A stretch of DNA of 64,000 nt, from contig CAZPVP010000003.1 in the NCBI GenBank assembly GCA_964590345.1, positions 3,634-67,633 of the forward strand, given 5' to 3'. Positions 1-9,070 of the stretch are shown here, piece after piece. How positions within the stretch are numbered: position 1 is the stretch's first letter; every line of letters starts with the position of its first letter. Below the pieces are notes generated by a model that saw nothing but the letters and a program-made list of their open reading frames with translations, searched no databases and was not told the origin of the DNA. Both the position numbers and the translations under genes were made by a program. Origin of the DNA: an uncultured Gammaproteobacteria bacterium. GTDB taxonomy: Bacteria > Patescibacteriota > Patescibacteriia > CAIXNZ01.

Positions 1-668
1 TTAGATATGTGTATGTAGCAGAAAAGGATAAAATGAATAAGGCACTAGGAGTAAATGCTGTAATCGGCTCAATAAAACAATGGACAGATATGAATTTAAA
101 TGGGTTAAAGCCCGATTTAAAACCGACAGGCACAAGCTCACCTCAATATATTTTAATTAATTACCGTAGAAATTCCAGAAAAAATAAAATAATGACTGCT
201 TATAAAAAAAGAAGCACAATTGTTGGATCACCAGCAAAACCGATGTGCAATGAAGAATTGGCTTCACTTTGGCATTTTCCAAGCATGTATATAAAAGCGC
301 CGTTGCTTAAAAAGACAGAATTTACTAAAGCAGCAGCGCCAGTTGGTTTGCCAATGAGCGAAGCACCAGTAGAAACAGAAGCTGAAAAGAAAAAAGCCGA
401 AGAAATAGTAGAAGAAGCAGCAGTAAAAGCCCAAGTTGAGCCAACTTTTGATTATGACAGCGATGAATTTGAGAAACAGTTTGCTAAAGATAAAAAATCC
501 TTTAAAGAAAGCCGGTCCGCTCGCGAAAAGCGATTAAAAGAAATAGAAAAAGAAGAAAAGAATAAATTGAAAGAAAAGCAAGAATCAGAAATTTCAGCAG
601 AAGAGCGAGAAGATCAAAAAAAAGAATCAGCTGAAAATATCCCGGGAAATTTGCCATTTATTGATTAA
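1..668 (+). CDS. Hypothetical protein, 5'-truncated by window edge; partner gene upstream of the VirD4/TraG-like ATPase
   Basis: Frame is open from the window start; EELASLWHFP motif then a charged low-complexity tail ending PGNLPFID. Confidence 0.7.
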   Translation, partial: RYVYVAEKDKMNKALGVNAVIGSIKQWTDMNLNGLKPDLKPTGTSSPQYILINYRRNSRKNKIMTAYKKRSTIVGSPAKPMCNEELASLWHFPSMYIKAPLLKKTEFTKAAAPVGLPMSEAPVETEAEKKKAEEIVEEAAVKAQVEPTFDYDSDEFEKQFAKDKKSFKESRSAREKRLKEIEKEEKNKLKEKQESEISAEEREDQKKESAENIPGNLPFID

Positions 669-736
669 ATATTACGAATTACGAATCGGTACGAATATAC
701 TAATTATCAAGCAGTAAGGTAAATCAATTAAATTAT

Positions 737-2743
737 ATGGAAGAAGAAAAAAAACAAAAACAAGAAATTAAATCAGATGTAACTCCTTTTGCGGTCACTA
801 CTTTTAGAAACAGGGAGCGCGTTTTTGGTATTAAAAAAGACGATCGCAGACGTCACGTTTATATTATAGGTAAGACCGGTATGGGGAAAACGACTTTAAT
901 TGAAAATATGGTTTATTCAGATATAATTTCTGGCAATGGAGTTTGTTATGTTGATCCTCATGGTGATACAGCAGAAAAGATACTTGAATGGATACCATCA
1001 AGTCGTATTAATGATGTGATATATTTTAATCCGGCTGATTTAGAATACCCGATATCTTTTAATGTTTTGGAAAAAGTAGCGCCAAAACATCGCCACTTAA
1101 TCGCTTCTGGTTTAGTGGGTGTTTTTAAAAAATTGTGGGCTGATTCCTGGGGACCAAGATTAGAGTATATTTTAAGAAATGCAATTTTAGCTCTTTTAGA
1201 GTATCCTGACAGTACATTACTCGGCATTAATAGAATGTTAGTTGATAAAGAATATCGTAAAAAAGTAGTCGCAAAAATTTCTGATCCAGTGGTTAAATCA
1301 TTTTGGGTTGACGAATTTCCAAAATGGAATGAACGTGTTTTGCAGGAAGTTGTTTCACCGATTCAAAATAAAGTCGGGCAGTTTTTGTCAACGGCTTTGA
1401 TTCGTAATGTCGTCGGACAAGTAAAATCATCTATTAATTTGCGCAAAGTTATGGATGAAGGCAAAATTTTAATTTTAAATCTTTCTAAGGGCAGGATGGG
1501 AGAAGATGCCTCTGCTTTGCTTGGTTCTATGATGGTGACAAAAATTCAATTGGCGGCGATGAGCCGAGTTGATATATCTGAAGAAGAAAGAAGGGATTTT
1601 TATCTTTATGTAGATGAATTTCAAAATTTTGCCACTGATTCATTTGCTGATATTTTGTCAGAAGCGCGTAAATACCGTTTAAATTTAATTATTGCCCATC
1701 AGTATATTGAACAATTGGGTGAAGTAGTTCAGCCCGCTGTTTTTGGCAACGTGGGTACTTTAATAGTTTTTCGTATTGGCGCGGCAGACGCTGAGTTTTT
1801 AGAAAAAGAATTTGACCCATATTTAACCATGCAGGATTTGGTTAATTTGCCCAAATACCATATTTATTTGAAATTAATGATTGATGGGGTTGCTTCTGAA
1901 CCATTTTCAGCAAAAGGCTTGCCTCCCGTTTATAGTGAATCTTTGGGCAATGAAGAAAAAGTTATTACTGTTTCCAGAGAAAGATATGCTAAGCCAAGAG
2001 ATACTGTTGAAGATAAAATTAAAAGATGGAGTGAAACAAGAGCTGAAGAACCGCCAAGGGGTTTTGAAGAGAGAGCGCCAAAAGGTGTAAGGCCAGGGCA
2101 AAGACCTGCGCCCTCATCTGTTCAGCCCCCAGCAAGTGAAGAGAAAAAAGCTAAGCATCAGAAGACAAAAAAAGGCTTCCCAGCCGTTTGTTATAACTGC
2201 GACAAAGAAATTGAAGTACCTTTTAAACCCGATAATGTTCGGCCAGTTTTTTGCAAAGAGTGTTTAAAAAATGCCCGTCGCGGTGAGATTAAAATTAAAA
2301 AGAAGCAGCCAGCTGAAGAGAAAGCTGAGGCTAAAGTTAAAGATGAAGGTGTTTCATTATCGCAAATAGAAAAAAAGACTTTTGATTTTAAAGGACGTTT
2401 GGTTGAGGCAAAGCCAGCTAAGAAAGAAGAGTCTAAAAAAGAAGAAAAACAAATTAAAAAAACAAAACAAAGAGAAGAGAAACCTATTCAAAAGACAGAG
2501 GAAAAAAAGGAAGAGAAATCCTCTGAAAAAGTAAAAGTTAAGCAAGAAGAAAAAACAGTTCAAAGGCTAGAAGGGGAAAGGGCAGAAAATAAGAGAGAAG
2601 AAGTGCCAGTTAAAAAAAAGGAAGAAATAGAGGAAAAGAGTGGAGTAGCTGAAGAAAAATCAGCTAAAAAACCCTCAGTTGATTTATTAGCCGGACAAGA
2701 TGAGGAAAAAGAAGTTAATGAAGGAGAAGTCATCGAATTATGA
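737..2743 (+). CDS. VirD4/TraG/TrwB-like (HerA-FtsK superfamily) ATPase with CxxC-x17-CxxC domain and charged tail
   Basis: Walker A GKTGMGKT, YVDPHGD, Walker B LYVDEFQNF, SEARKY, AHQYIEQL; CYNC-x17-CKEC in the tail. Confidence 0.85.
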   Translation: MEEEKKQKQEIKSDVTPFAVTTFRNRERVFGIKKDDRRRHVYIIGKTGMGKTTLIENMVYSDIISGNGVCYVDPHGDTAEKILEWIPSSRINDVIYFNPADLEYPISFNVLEKVAPKHRHLIASGLVGVFKKLWADSWGPRLEYILRNAILALLEYPDSTLLGINRMLVDKEYRKKVVAKISDPVVKSFWVDEFPKWNERVLQEVVSPIQNKVGQFLSTALIRNVVGQVKSSINLRKVMDEGKILILNLSKGRMGEDASALLGSMMVTKIQLAAMSRVDISEEERRDFYLYVDEFQNFATDSFADILSEARKYRLNLIIAHQYIEQLGEVVQPAVFGNVGTLIVFRIGAADAEFLEKEFDPYLTMQDLVNLPKYHIYLKLMIDGVASEPFSAKGLPPVYSESLGNEEKVITVSRERYAKPRDTVEDKIKRWSETRAEEPPRGFEERAPKGVRPGQRPAPSSVQPPASEEKKAKHQKTKKGFPAVCYNCDKEIEVPFKPDNVRPVFCKECLKNARRGEIKIKKKQPAEEKAEAKVKDEGVSLSQIEKKTFDFKGRLVEAKPAKKEESKKEEKQIKKTKQREEKPIQKTEEKKEEKSSEKVKVKQEEKTVQRLEGERAENKREEVPVKKKEEIEEKSGVAEEKSAKKPSVDLLAGQDEEKEVNEGEVIEL

Positions 2744-2798
2744 AATCTGAATGCTGAAATCGGAGATTTATATTAGGGATAATTAATAATTTAAAATA

Positions 2799-3254
2799 AT
2801 GATTTATTTAGGTGCGGATCACGGCGGGTTTAAATTAAAACAAGCGATTATACAATATTTAGCTAACTTAAATCTGGAATATAAGGATTTAGGCAATTTT
2901 AAATTAGAAAAAGATGATGATTATCCTGATTACGGTTATAAAGTTGCCAAAGCAGTGGCTAAAGATAAAAATTCAAAGGGAATTTTAATTTGTGGTTCCT
3001 CTTTTGGAGTATGTATTGTGGCTAATAAAGTTAAAGGCATAAGAGCGGTTTCTGTTAGCACAGTTAATGATGCTAAATTATCGCGTGAGCATAATCATGC
3101 CAATGTTTTGTGCTTATCTGGTTGGGATACTTCAGTTATAAAAGCCAAAAAAATTGTCAAAGCCTGGTTAAATACCAAATTTTCTAACAAGCCTCGTCAT
3201 CGTCGCAGATTGAATAAAATTAAACAAATTGAAAATAAGGATTTTAAAGACTGA
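2799..3254 (+). CDS. rpiB: Ribose-5-phosphate isomerase B
   Basis: GADHGG, DDYPD, ICGS, ANKVKGIRA, REHNHANVL, RHRRR motifs. Confidence 0.93.
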   Translation: MIYLGADHGGFKLKQAIIQYLANLNLEYKDLGNFKLEKDDDYPDYGYKVAKAVAKDKNSKGILICGSSFGVCIVANKVKGIRAVSVSTVNDAKLSREHNHANVLCLSGWDTSVIKAKKIVKAWLNTKFSNKPRHRRRLNKIKQIENKDFKD

Positions 3255-3294
3255 AGTCTTAATTTCGGGAGCAGTAACACACTCCCATACATAT

Positions 3295-3948
3295 ATGAAT
3301 ATTCAAATTGTTCCAACACTTTTAACCCATTCTTTAGCTGAATTTAAATCGAAATTAAAAAAACTTGAGCCTTATTTTGCATTAATCCAAATCGACTGTG
3401 CTGATGGGAAATTTGTGAAAAATAAAACTTTTTACGATATCAATAAGATTAAAAAAATCAGAACCAAAGTCAATTACGAGCTGCATTTAATGGTTAAAGA
3501 ACCATTAAAAGAGATTAAAAAATGGGAGAATTTTAAAAAAGTTAAAAAAATTATTTTTCATTATGAAGCATTAAAAAGTGATCAGCAAGTTTTGGAACTA
3601 ATTGAATATTTGAAAAAAATAAAAATTAAAGCTGGTTTGGCTGTTAATCCGGAAACAAAAGTTGAAAAGGTTAAAAAATTTATTCCCAAATTGGATTTGA
3701 TTTTATTTTTAGGTGTCAAACCTGGTTGGGGAGGACAAAAATTTCAGCCCAGAATTTTAAATAAAATTCGCAAAGTTAGAAAATTATATCCAAAACTTGA
3801 TATTGAAGTTGATGGGGGAGTTAATTTAAAAAATGCTAAACAAATTATTAAAGCGGGTGCAAATATTTTGGCGGCTGGCAGTTTATTTATTAAATCAGAA
3901 TATATTAGGCAAACAATTACTCAAATAAAGAATAAATTTAAAAAATAA
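3295..3948 (+). CDS. rpe: Ribulose-phosphate 3-epimerase
   Basis: IDCADGKFV, ELHLMV, FHYEA, VKPGWGGQKF, EVDGGVN; start moved to ATG 3295 (MNIQIVPT). Confidence 0.9.
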   Translation: MNIQIVPTLLTHSLAEFKSKLKKLEPYFALIQIDCADGKFVKNKTFYDINKIKKIRTKVNYELHLMVKEPLKEIKKWENFKKVKKIIFHYEALKSDQQVLELIEYLKKIKIKAGLAVNPETKVEKVKKFIPKLDLILFLGVKPGWGGQKFQPRILNKIRKVRKLYPKLDIEVDGGVNLKNAKQIIKAGANILAAGSLFIKSEYIRQTITQIKNKFKK

Positions 3949-3958
3949 CTTAAGCTTT

Positions 3959-4171
3959 ATGAAAAATGTAAATTACAATCTGATTAAGATGCTTCATAAC
4001 ACACTCGATGACTTGTGGCGTTTGGAAAATTTTTACATTAAAGATGCCAAAAAAATGAAATGTAAGGGCTGTCAGGCGGTTTATGAGCAAATGCGCGTAG
4101 AGTTGAAGAAGCACATTAATTTACTACGAGATGAGTTAGCTGATCATATCGAAAAAGGTAAATTTAAATAA
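3959..4171 (+). CDS. Small two-helix ferritin-like (half-ferritin) protein with CxxC
   Basis: YNLIKML...YIKDA..CKGC...ELKKHI pattern; 70 aa, helical. Confidence 0.5.
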   Translation: MKNVNYNLIKMLHNTLDDLWRLENFYIKDAKKMKCKGCQAVYEQMRVELKKHINLLRDELADHIEKGKFK

Positions 4172-4180
4172 TTAAATTTT

Positions 4181-4609
4181 ATGATTAATAAAAAAATATA
4201 TCGTTGTTCAGTCTGTGGCTATATTTATCGTGATAAAAATGCTCCGTGTGAGTGTCCTTTTTGCCATAATAAAGGTGTTTTTGAAGAAATACCCGAAGAT
4301 AAAATTAATTTTGAATTTTTTAAAGATGCTTGGACAAAACAGGTTAATTGGATGAACTCAACCAAATATCAGGATGAGATTATGTTAAATCCCGACGAAA
4401 AGATTTTAAAAGATTTAGCTGAGACTATGGGGAAATATTTAAAAGATAACAAACAAGCTTATTGTCCTTGTCGTCTTTTATCGGGGGATAAAGAAGCCGA
4501 TCGCAAAATAATTTGCCCTTGTTATTTGTATATGGGTGAAATTGAGACGCAAGGAAAATGCCATTGTTCGCTTTATTTGGTAAAAAATAAAAAGAAGTCT
4601 GAGATTTGA
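4181..4609 (+). CDS. Rubredoxin-like domain fused to ferredoxin:thioredoxin reductase catalytic domain
   Basis: N-terminal CSVCGYIY...CPFC; C-terminal YCPCR..ICPC..CHCSLY, the CPC/CPC/CHC FTR signature. Confidence 0.85.
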   Translation: MINKKIYRCSVCGYIYRDKNAPCECPFCHNKGVFEEIPEDKINFEFFKDAWTKQVNWMNSTKYQDEIMLNPDEKILKDLAETMGKYLKDNKQAYCPCRLLSGDKEADRKIICPCYLYMGEIETQGKCHCSLYLVKNKKKSEI

Positions 4610-4619
4610 GATCTGATTT

Positions 4620-5444
4620 ATGAAATATAATTTAAAAAAACTTAAGAAAACAGCTAATTTTTTACGCCAGGACGTGATTAAAATGCTGGCAGAAGCTGGT
4701 TCTGGCCATTCAGCCGGATCCTTGGGCTTGGCTGATATTTTCGCGGCTTTATATTTTAATATTTTAAATCATAAGCCGAAAAAGCCGAATTGGCCAAATC
4801 GTGATCGCTTGATTTTATCCTGTGGCCATATTGCGCCAATTCGTTATGCTGCCATGGCTAGAAGCGGTTACTTTCCAGTTAAAGAACTCAAAACTTTACG
4901 TAAATTAGGTTCACGTTTACAAGGCCATCCTTCAATGGCTGATTTGCCTGGTTTAGAAAATTCCTCTGGGCCTTTGGGACAGGGAGTTTCAGTGGCTGTG
5001 GGCAAGGCTTTAGCAGCGAAAATGAACCGCAAAAAATATTTTGTTTATTGCATAACTAGTGACGGCGAGCAGGATGAGGGCCAGACTTGGGAGGCAGTTA
5101 TGGCAGCGGCCAAATATAAACTTAATAATTTAATTTTTATTTTAGACAGAAATCAAATTCAAATTGATGGTTATACACAAGATATTATGCCATTGGAATT
5201 TTTGAAAACCAAATACGAGGCATTTAATTGGTTTGCAATGGAAACTGACGGCAATGATATTGAAAAAGTAATTAAATCATTGGAAATCGTTAAGCGGGGA
5301 AAGGATCGGCCAAAAATTATAATAGCTAGAACCGTGCCAGGAAAAGGAGTTAGTTTTATGGAAAACCGATGGGAATGGCATGGCCGGACGCCTTCTAAAA
5401 ATGAGGCAGAAAAGGCTTTAGCGGAATTACAAAAGGCGCTTTAA
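4620..5444 (+). CDS. tkt: Transketolase, N-terminal subunit
   Basis: GSGHSAGSL, RDRLILSCGH, LQGHP, SGPLGQG, SDGEQDEG TPP motif, GKGVSFME, WHG. Confidence 0.93.
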   Translation: MKYNLKKLKKTANFLRQDVIKMLAEAGSGHSAGSLGLADIFAALYFNILNHKPKKPNWPNRDRLILSCGHIAPIRYAAMARSGYFPVKELKTLRKLGSRLQGHPSMADLPGLENSSGPLGQGVSVAVGKALAAKMNRKKYFVYCITSDGEQDEGQTWEAVMAAAKYKLNNLIFILDRNQIQIDGYTQDIMPLEFLKTKYEAFNWFAMETDGNDIEKVIKSLEIVKRGKDRPKIIIARTVPGKGVSFMENRWEWHGRTPSKNEAEKALAELQKAL

Positions 5445-5445
5445 A

Positions 5446-6429
5446 ATGACAAATAACAAATATCAAATGACAAATATCAAAATTCAAATAAAAAAACAAT
5501 CTCTATTAAAAGCCTGTCGTGACGGTTTTGGCGAGGCGCTTTTAGAATTAGGCAAAAGGAATAAAAATGTGGTTGCTGTTTCTGCTGATTTGGCTGAATC
5601 AACGCGCTGTTTAGATTTTAGTAAAAAATATCCGGAACGTTTTGTTGAAGTCGGTGTAGCTGAACAAAATATGGCCGGGGTAGCAGCTGGATTGGCTTTG
5701 GAAGGCAAAATACCATTCACGTGTTCATTTGCTGTTTTTTCTCCGGGCCGAAATTGGGAACAGATTCGGATTTCAATTTGTTATAATAAAGCTAATGTAA
5801 AAATAGTTAGTTCGCATGCTGGTTTAAATGTGGGGGAAGACGGCGCAACTCATCAGGCCTTGGAAGATATTGCCTTAATGAGAGTTTTACCTAATATGAC
5901 AGTGATTGCGCCTTGTGATTATTTAGAAACTAAAAAAGCGGTTTTGGCAGTTGCTAAGATTAAGGTTCCGGTCTATATCCGTTTCGGCCGGGAAAAAACT
6001 CCTGTTTTTACAGAGCCAAGAAAATCTTTTAAAATCGGCAAGGCTGAAATTTTTAAAGAAGGTCAGGATGTGACAATAATTGCTTGCGGACCAATGGTTT
6101 ATGAGGCATTGTTGGCAGCTAAGGAATTAAAAAAAGAAAAAATAGATGCAGAAGTCATAAATTGCCATACCATTAAGCCTATTGATGCCAAGACAATTAT
6201 TCGTTCGGTTAAAAAAACAAATCGGGTAGTGACAATTGAAGAACACCAGGTTAACGGGGGATTAGGCAGTGCCATAGCAGAAATTTTAGGCCAAAATTAT
6301 CCCGCCCCTATAAAAATAATCGGTATGCCAGATAAATTTGGCGAGTCGGGAAAAGCACAGCAGCTTTTAGATAAATATAATTTAACTGCTGATAATATAG
6401 CTGATCAATGTTATAAATTAATGAAATAA
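5446..6429 (+). CDS. tkt: Transketolase, C-terminal subunit
   Basis: GVAEQNM, GEDGATHQALED, EEHQVNGGLG, DKFGESG; N-terminus is encoded by heptamer repeats so the true start is uncertain. Confidence 0.93.
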   Translation: MTNNKYQMTNIKIQIKKQSLLKACRDGFGEALLELGKRNKNVVAVSADLAESTRCLDFSKKYPERFVEVGVAEQNMAGVAAGLALEGKIPFTCSFAVFSPGRNWEQIRISICYNKANVKIVSSHAGLNVGEDGATHQALEDIALMRVLPNMTVIAPCDYLETKKAVLAVAKIKVPVYIRFGREKTPVFTEPRKSFKIGKAEIFKEGQDVTIIACGPMVYEALLAAKELKKEKIDAEVINCHTIKPIDAKTIIRSVKKTNRVVTIEEHQVNGGLGSAIAEILGQNYPAPIKIIGMPDKFGESGKAQQLLDKYNLTADNIADQCYKLMK

Positions 6430-6431
6430 AT

Positions 6432-7346
6432 ATGGAAAAACCAAAACAACTATACATTTTACCATTTGATCACCGCTCAACTTTCAGGCGCGGTTTATTC
6501 GGCTGGAAAGAACCGATTAATAAATCGCAAGTTCAAAAAATAAAAGATACAAAAAAAATGATTTGGCAGGCCTTTTTAAAGGTTCATCTAAAAAGTCATT
6601 TCAAAGAATATCTCGGTATTTTAATTGACGAGCAGTTTGGGTCGGAGATATTAAGAGAAGCCAAGAAGTTGGGTGTAATCACTATTTTGACTACGGAAAA
6701 AAGCGGAGAAAAAGTTTTTGATTTTGAGTATGGAAAAGATTTTGGCAAGCATATTTTAAAATTTAAGCCGGATTATGCTAAAGTATTGGTTCGTTATAAT
6801 CCAAGCAATAAAAAACACAATTTGGTTCAATTGAAAAGACTTAAAAAGATAAATAATTTTTGCCAGAAAAACAAAATTGGTTTTTTGTTTGAATTATTGG
6901 TGCCGGCAACTGATGAGCAATTGAGAGTTTATAAAGATAAGTTTACTTATGACAAGAAAGCCAGGCCCAATTTAACCAAAACAGCGATTAAGGAAATTCG
7001 CGCATTTGGTATTGAGCCTGACATTTGGAAATTAGAGGCCATGGATAAAAAATTTGATTGGCCAATGATTATTAAGGAAATCAAGAAGAATAATAAAAAA
7101 AATTTTAAAATAATTGTTTTGGGCAGAGCCGCTCCTAAACCGGTCGTTAAATATTGGTTAAAAACCGCTGTTAATTTTGAAGAAATTTTCGGTTTTGCAA
7201 TCGGTAGGACGATATTTTTCGCGCCTTTGAAAAAATATCGCGATAAAAAAATTACAAAAAGAAAAGCAATAGACCTGATTGGCAAGAATTTTCAATTTTT
7301 CATTAAGTTTTGGCAAAAACAAAAGATTGGTAAAAAATATTATTAA
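6432..7346 (+). CDS. DUF2090 / IolC C-terminal-like class I aldolase (TIM barrel)
   Basis: LPFDHR, AKVLVRYNP, FLFELLVP, PDIWKLE, IVLGR, GFAIGRTIF. Confidence 0.8.
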   Translation: MEKPKQLYILPFDHRSTFRRGLFGWKEPINKSQVQKIKDTKKMIWQAFLKVHLKSHFKEYLGILIDEQFGSEILREAKKLGVITILTTEKSGEKVFDFEYGKDFGKHILKFKPDYAKVLVRYNPSNKKHNLVQLKRLKKINNFCQKNKIGFLFELLVPATDEQLRVYKDKFTYDKKARPNLTKTAIKEIRAFGIEPDIWKLEAMDKKFDWPMIIKEIKKNNKKNFKIIVLGRAAPKPVVKYWLKTAVNFEEIFGFAIGRTIFFAPLKKYRDKKITKRKAIDLIGKNFQFFIKFWQKQKIGKKYY

Positions 7347-7360
7347 TTAAAATATTTAAT

Positions 7361-8335
7361 ATGTATGACATTATTACAATTGGTTCAGCGACAAAAGACG
7401 TGTTTTTGCTTTCTAAAAATTTTAAATTAATTAAATCTGATAAATTTAGGGGAGGTGTCGGTGAATGTTTCGCTTATGGTGCAAAAATTGAATTAGGGGA
7501 TATTTATTTTGATACTGGCGGAGGCGCAACAAATACAGCTTATACATTTTCTAATTTAGGTTTAAATCCATCGATAGTATCCAGAATTGGTAATGATATT
7601 TATGGCATAGAAATTTTGACAGTTTTGGCTGATAAAGGCATTGATATAAGTAATTTAACAGTTGATAAAAAGCACAAGACTGCTTATTCAACAATTTTAA
7701 TTACCCCTGAAGGTGATCGAACAATTTTAGTCTACAGAGGCGCTAGCGCTAATTTTTCAGCTAAGGATTTTAATTTCGCTAAATTGAAAACCAAATGGTT
7801 TTATATATCATCTTTGGCTGGCAATATAGAGTTATTAAAAAAAATTTTTTCTTTTGCCAAAAAAAATAAAATCAAAATTGCCTGGAATCCAGGCAGCGGT
7901 GAATTAAAATTAGGCAAAAGCAAGTTGGCGCCATTAATTAAGCAAACGACAATTTTTAATGTTAATAAAGAAGAAGCCGCTAAATTATCTGGCAGAAAAG
8001 AGATAAAGCAAATTTATAAAGTTTTAGACAATTTGACCCCGAATTATTTGGTTATAACCGATGGAGACAAAGGCGCATATTTGTCTGATGATATGCTGAT
8101 TTACCATGCCAAGGCTCTTGGTTCAAAGCCAGTCAATACAACTGGAGCAGGCGATGCATTTGGTTCGGCTTTTTGCGCTGGTTTGATTTTAAAGAATGAT
8201 TGGGATTTTGCTTTGCGTTTGGCAATTTTAAATTCTGACGGGGTGATTAAGGAAATGGGCGCCAAAAATGGCCTTTTACCAAAAATACCAAAACAAAAAA
8301 AATTAGATAAAGTTAAAATAACTATTTTAAAATGA
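7361..8335 (+). CDS. PfkB-family carbohydrate kinase
   Basis: GGGATNTA, NKEEA, NTTGAGDAFG. Confidence 0.9.
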   Translation: MYDIITIGSATKDVFLLSKNFKLIKSDKFRGGVGECFAYGAKIELGDIYFDTGGGATNTAYTFSNLGLNPSIVSRIGNDIYGIEILTVLADKGIDISNLTVDKKHKTAYSTILITPEGDRTILVYRGASANFSAKDFNFAKLKTKWFYISSLAGNIELLKKIFSFAKKNKIKIAWNPGSGELKLGKSKLAPLIKQTTIFNVNKEEAAKLSGRKEIKQIYKVLDNLTPNYLVITDGDKGAYLSDDMLIYHAKALGSKPVNTTGAGDAFGSAFCAGLILKNDWDFALRLAILNSDGVIKEMGAKNGLLPKIPKQKKLDKVKITILK

Positions 8336-8784
8336 AAAAACACGTCATCTTTGATTATAATAAAATTACATCCTTAATATATTTGGGAACAAACTCTTGT
8401 TGTCAGACGCATTTTAAACAGGAGTTGTTAAATAAAGGTATCAGAGGTGATATTTCTTTAGAAGGGGAAAGAATTGATCAACCAGAAGGCATTGATTGTT
8501 TTTTATGGTTGCCGGTTAAGGATCATACTGCACCAAGTTTGAAACAGCTTTGGATAGGAGTAAAAACCATAGAAGCTTTGCTTGATCAGAAAGTTAAGAT
8601 TTATTTGCATTGTAAAAACGGCCATGGCAGAGCGCCAACAATGCTGGCCGCTTATTTTATTTATAATGGCATGACAATTAATCAGGCAATTGAAAAGATA
8701 GTTAAGAAAAGGCCAGAAATTCATATAGAAGAAAGTCAGAAAAGACAATTACAAAAATTCAAGAAATATACAAAGAAAACATAA
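8332..8784 (+). CDS. Dual-specificity protein phosphatase family
   Basis: P-loop HCKNGHGRA (HCx5R); PVKDH general-acid loop. Confidence 0.85.
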   Translation: MKKHVIFDYNKITSLIYLGTNSCCQTHFKQELLNKGIRGDISLEGERIDQPEGIDCFLWLPVKDHTAPSLKQLWIGVKTIEALLDQKVKIYLHCKNGHGRAPTMLAAYFIYNGMTINQAIEKIVKKRPEIHIEESQKRQLQKFKKYTKKT

Positions 8785-8819
8785 TAAACATAAACTTGTG
8801 GAAAAAAGAATTAAAAAAC

Positions 8820-8848
8820 TTGACAGATTTTTGTCAGGTTTTTATAAT
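8820..8848 (+). promoter_or_regulatory. Consensus sigma70 promoter with overlapping inverted repeat
   Basis: TTGACA (8820-8825), 17 nt spacer, TATAAT (8843-8848); TGACA-N6-TGTCA palindrome at 8821-8836. Confidence 0.75.
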
Positions 8849-8882
8849 CTTGTATATAAAAATAAAAATTAATATCAAAGCC

Positions 8883-8987
8883 ATGTCAGATCCTTGTCCT
8901 GTTTGCGAGCAAGATCCTTGTACTTGCGAGCAAGATTATATATATCATCCTCCGACAACCGCTGATTTAGATGATGATGAAGAATAA
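8883..8987 (+). CDS. 34-aa Cys-rich acidic microprotein
   Basis: MSDPCPVCEQDPCTCEQDYIYHPPTTADLDDDEE between a consensus promoter and a terminator. Confidence 0.6.
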   Translation: MSDPCPVCEQDPCTCEQDYIYHPPTTADLDDDEE

Positions 8988-9013
8988 GCGCCCTAAATTT
9001 TGGGCGCTTTTTT
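8986..9013 (+). terminator. Intrinsic terminator
   Basis: AAGCGCCC-taaattttt-GGGCGCTT followed by T tract. Confidence 0.75.
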
Positions 9014-9070
9014 ATTCGACAAAATGAAATTATTTTGCTAAAATTATTGCATAAAAAATATTTTCTTATT

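Noticed and set aside
673-704. TACGAAT repeats as a possible CRISPR array
   Set aside because: Units are 7-11 nt with no 25-40 nt repeats, no unique spacers and no cas genes.
958-2563. Short alternative-frame and antisense ORFs inside the ATPase gene, and similar ones inside tkt, metG, proS, mreB, greA, lysS, serS, gltX and others
   Set aside because: Fully overlap well-supported genes, have no motifs, and are expected shadow ORFs.
8796-8882. 63-aa extended version of the Cys-rich peptide ORF
   Set aside because: The extension runs through the promoter; ATG 8883 is the plausible start.
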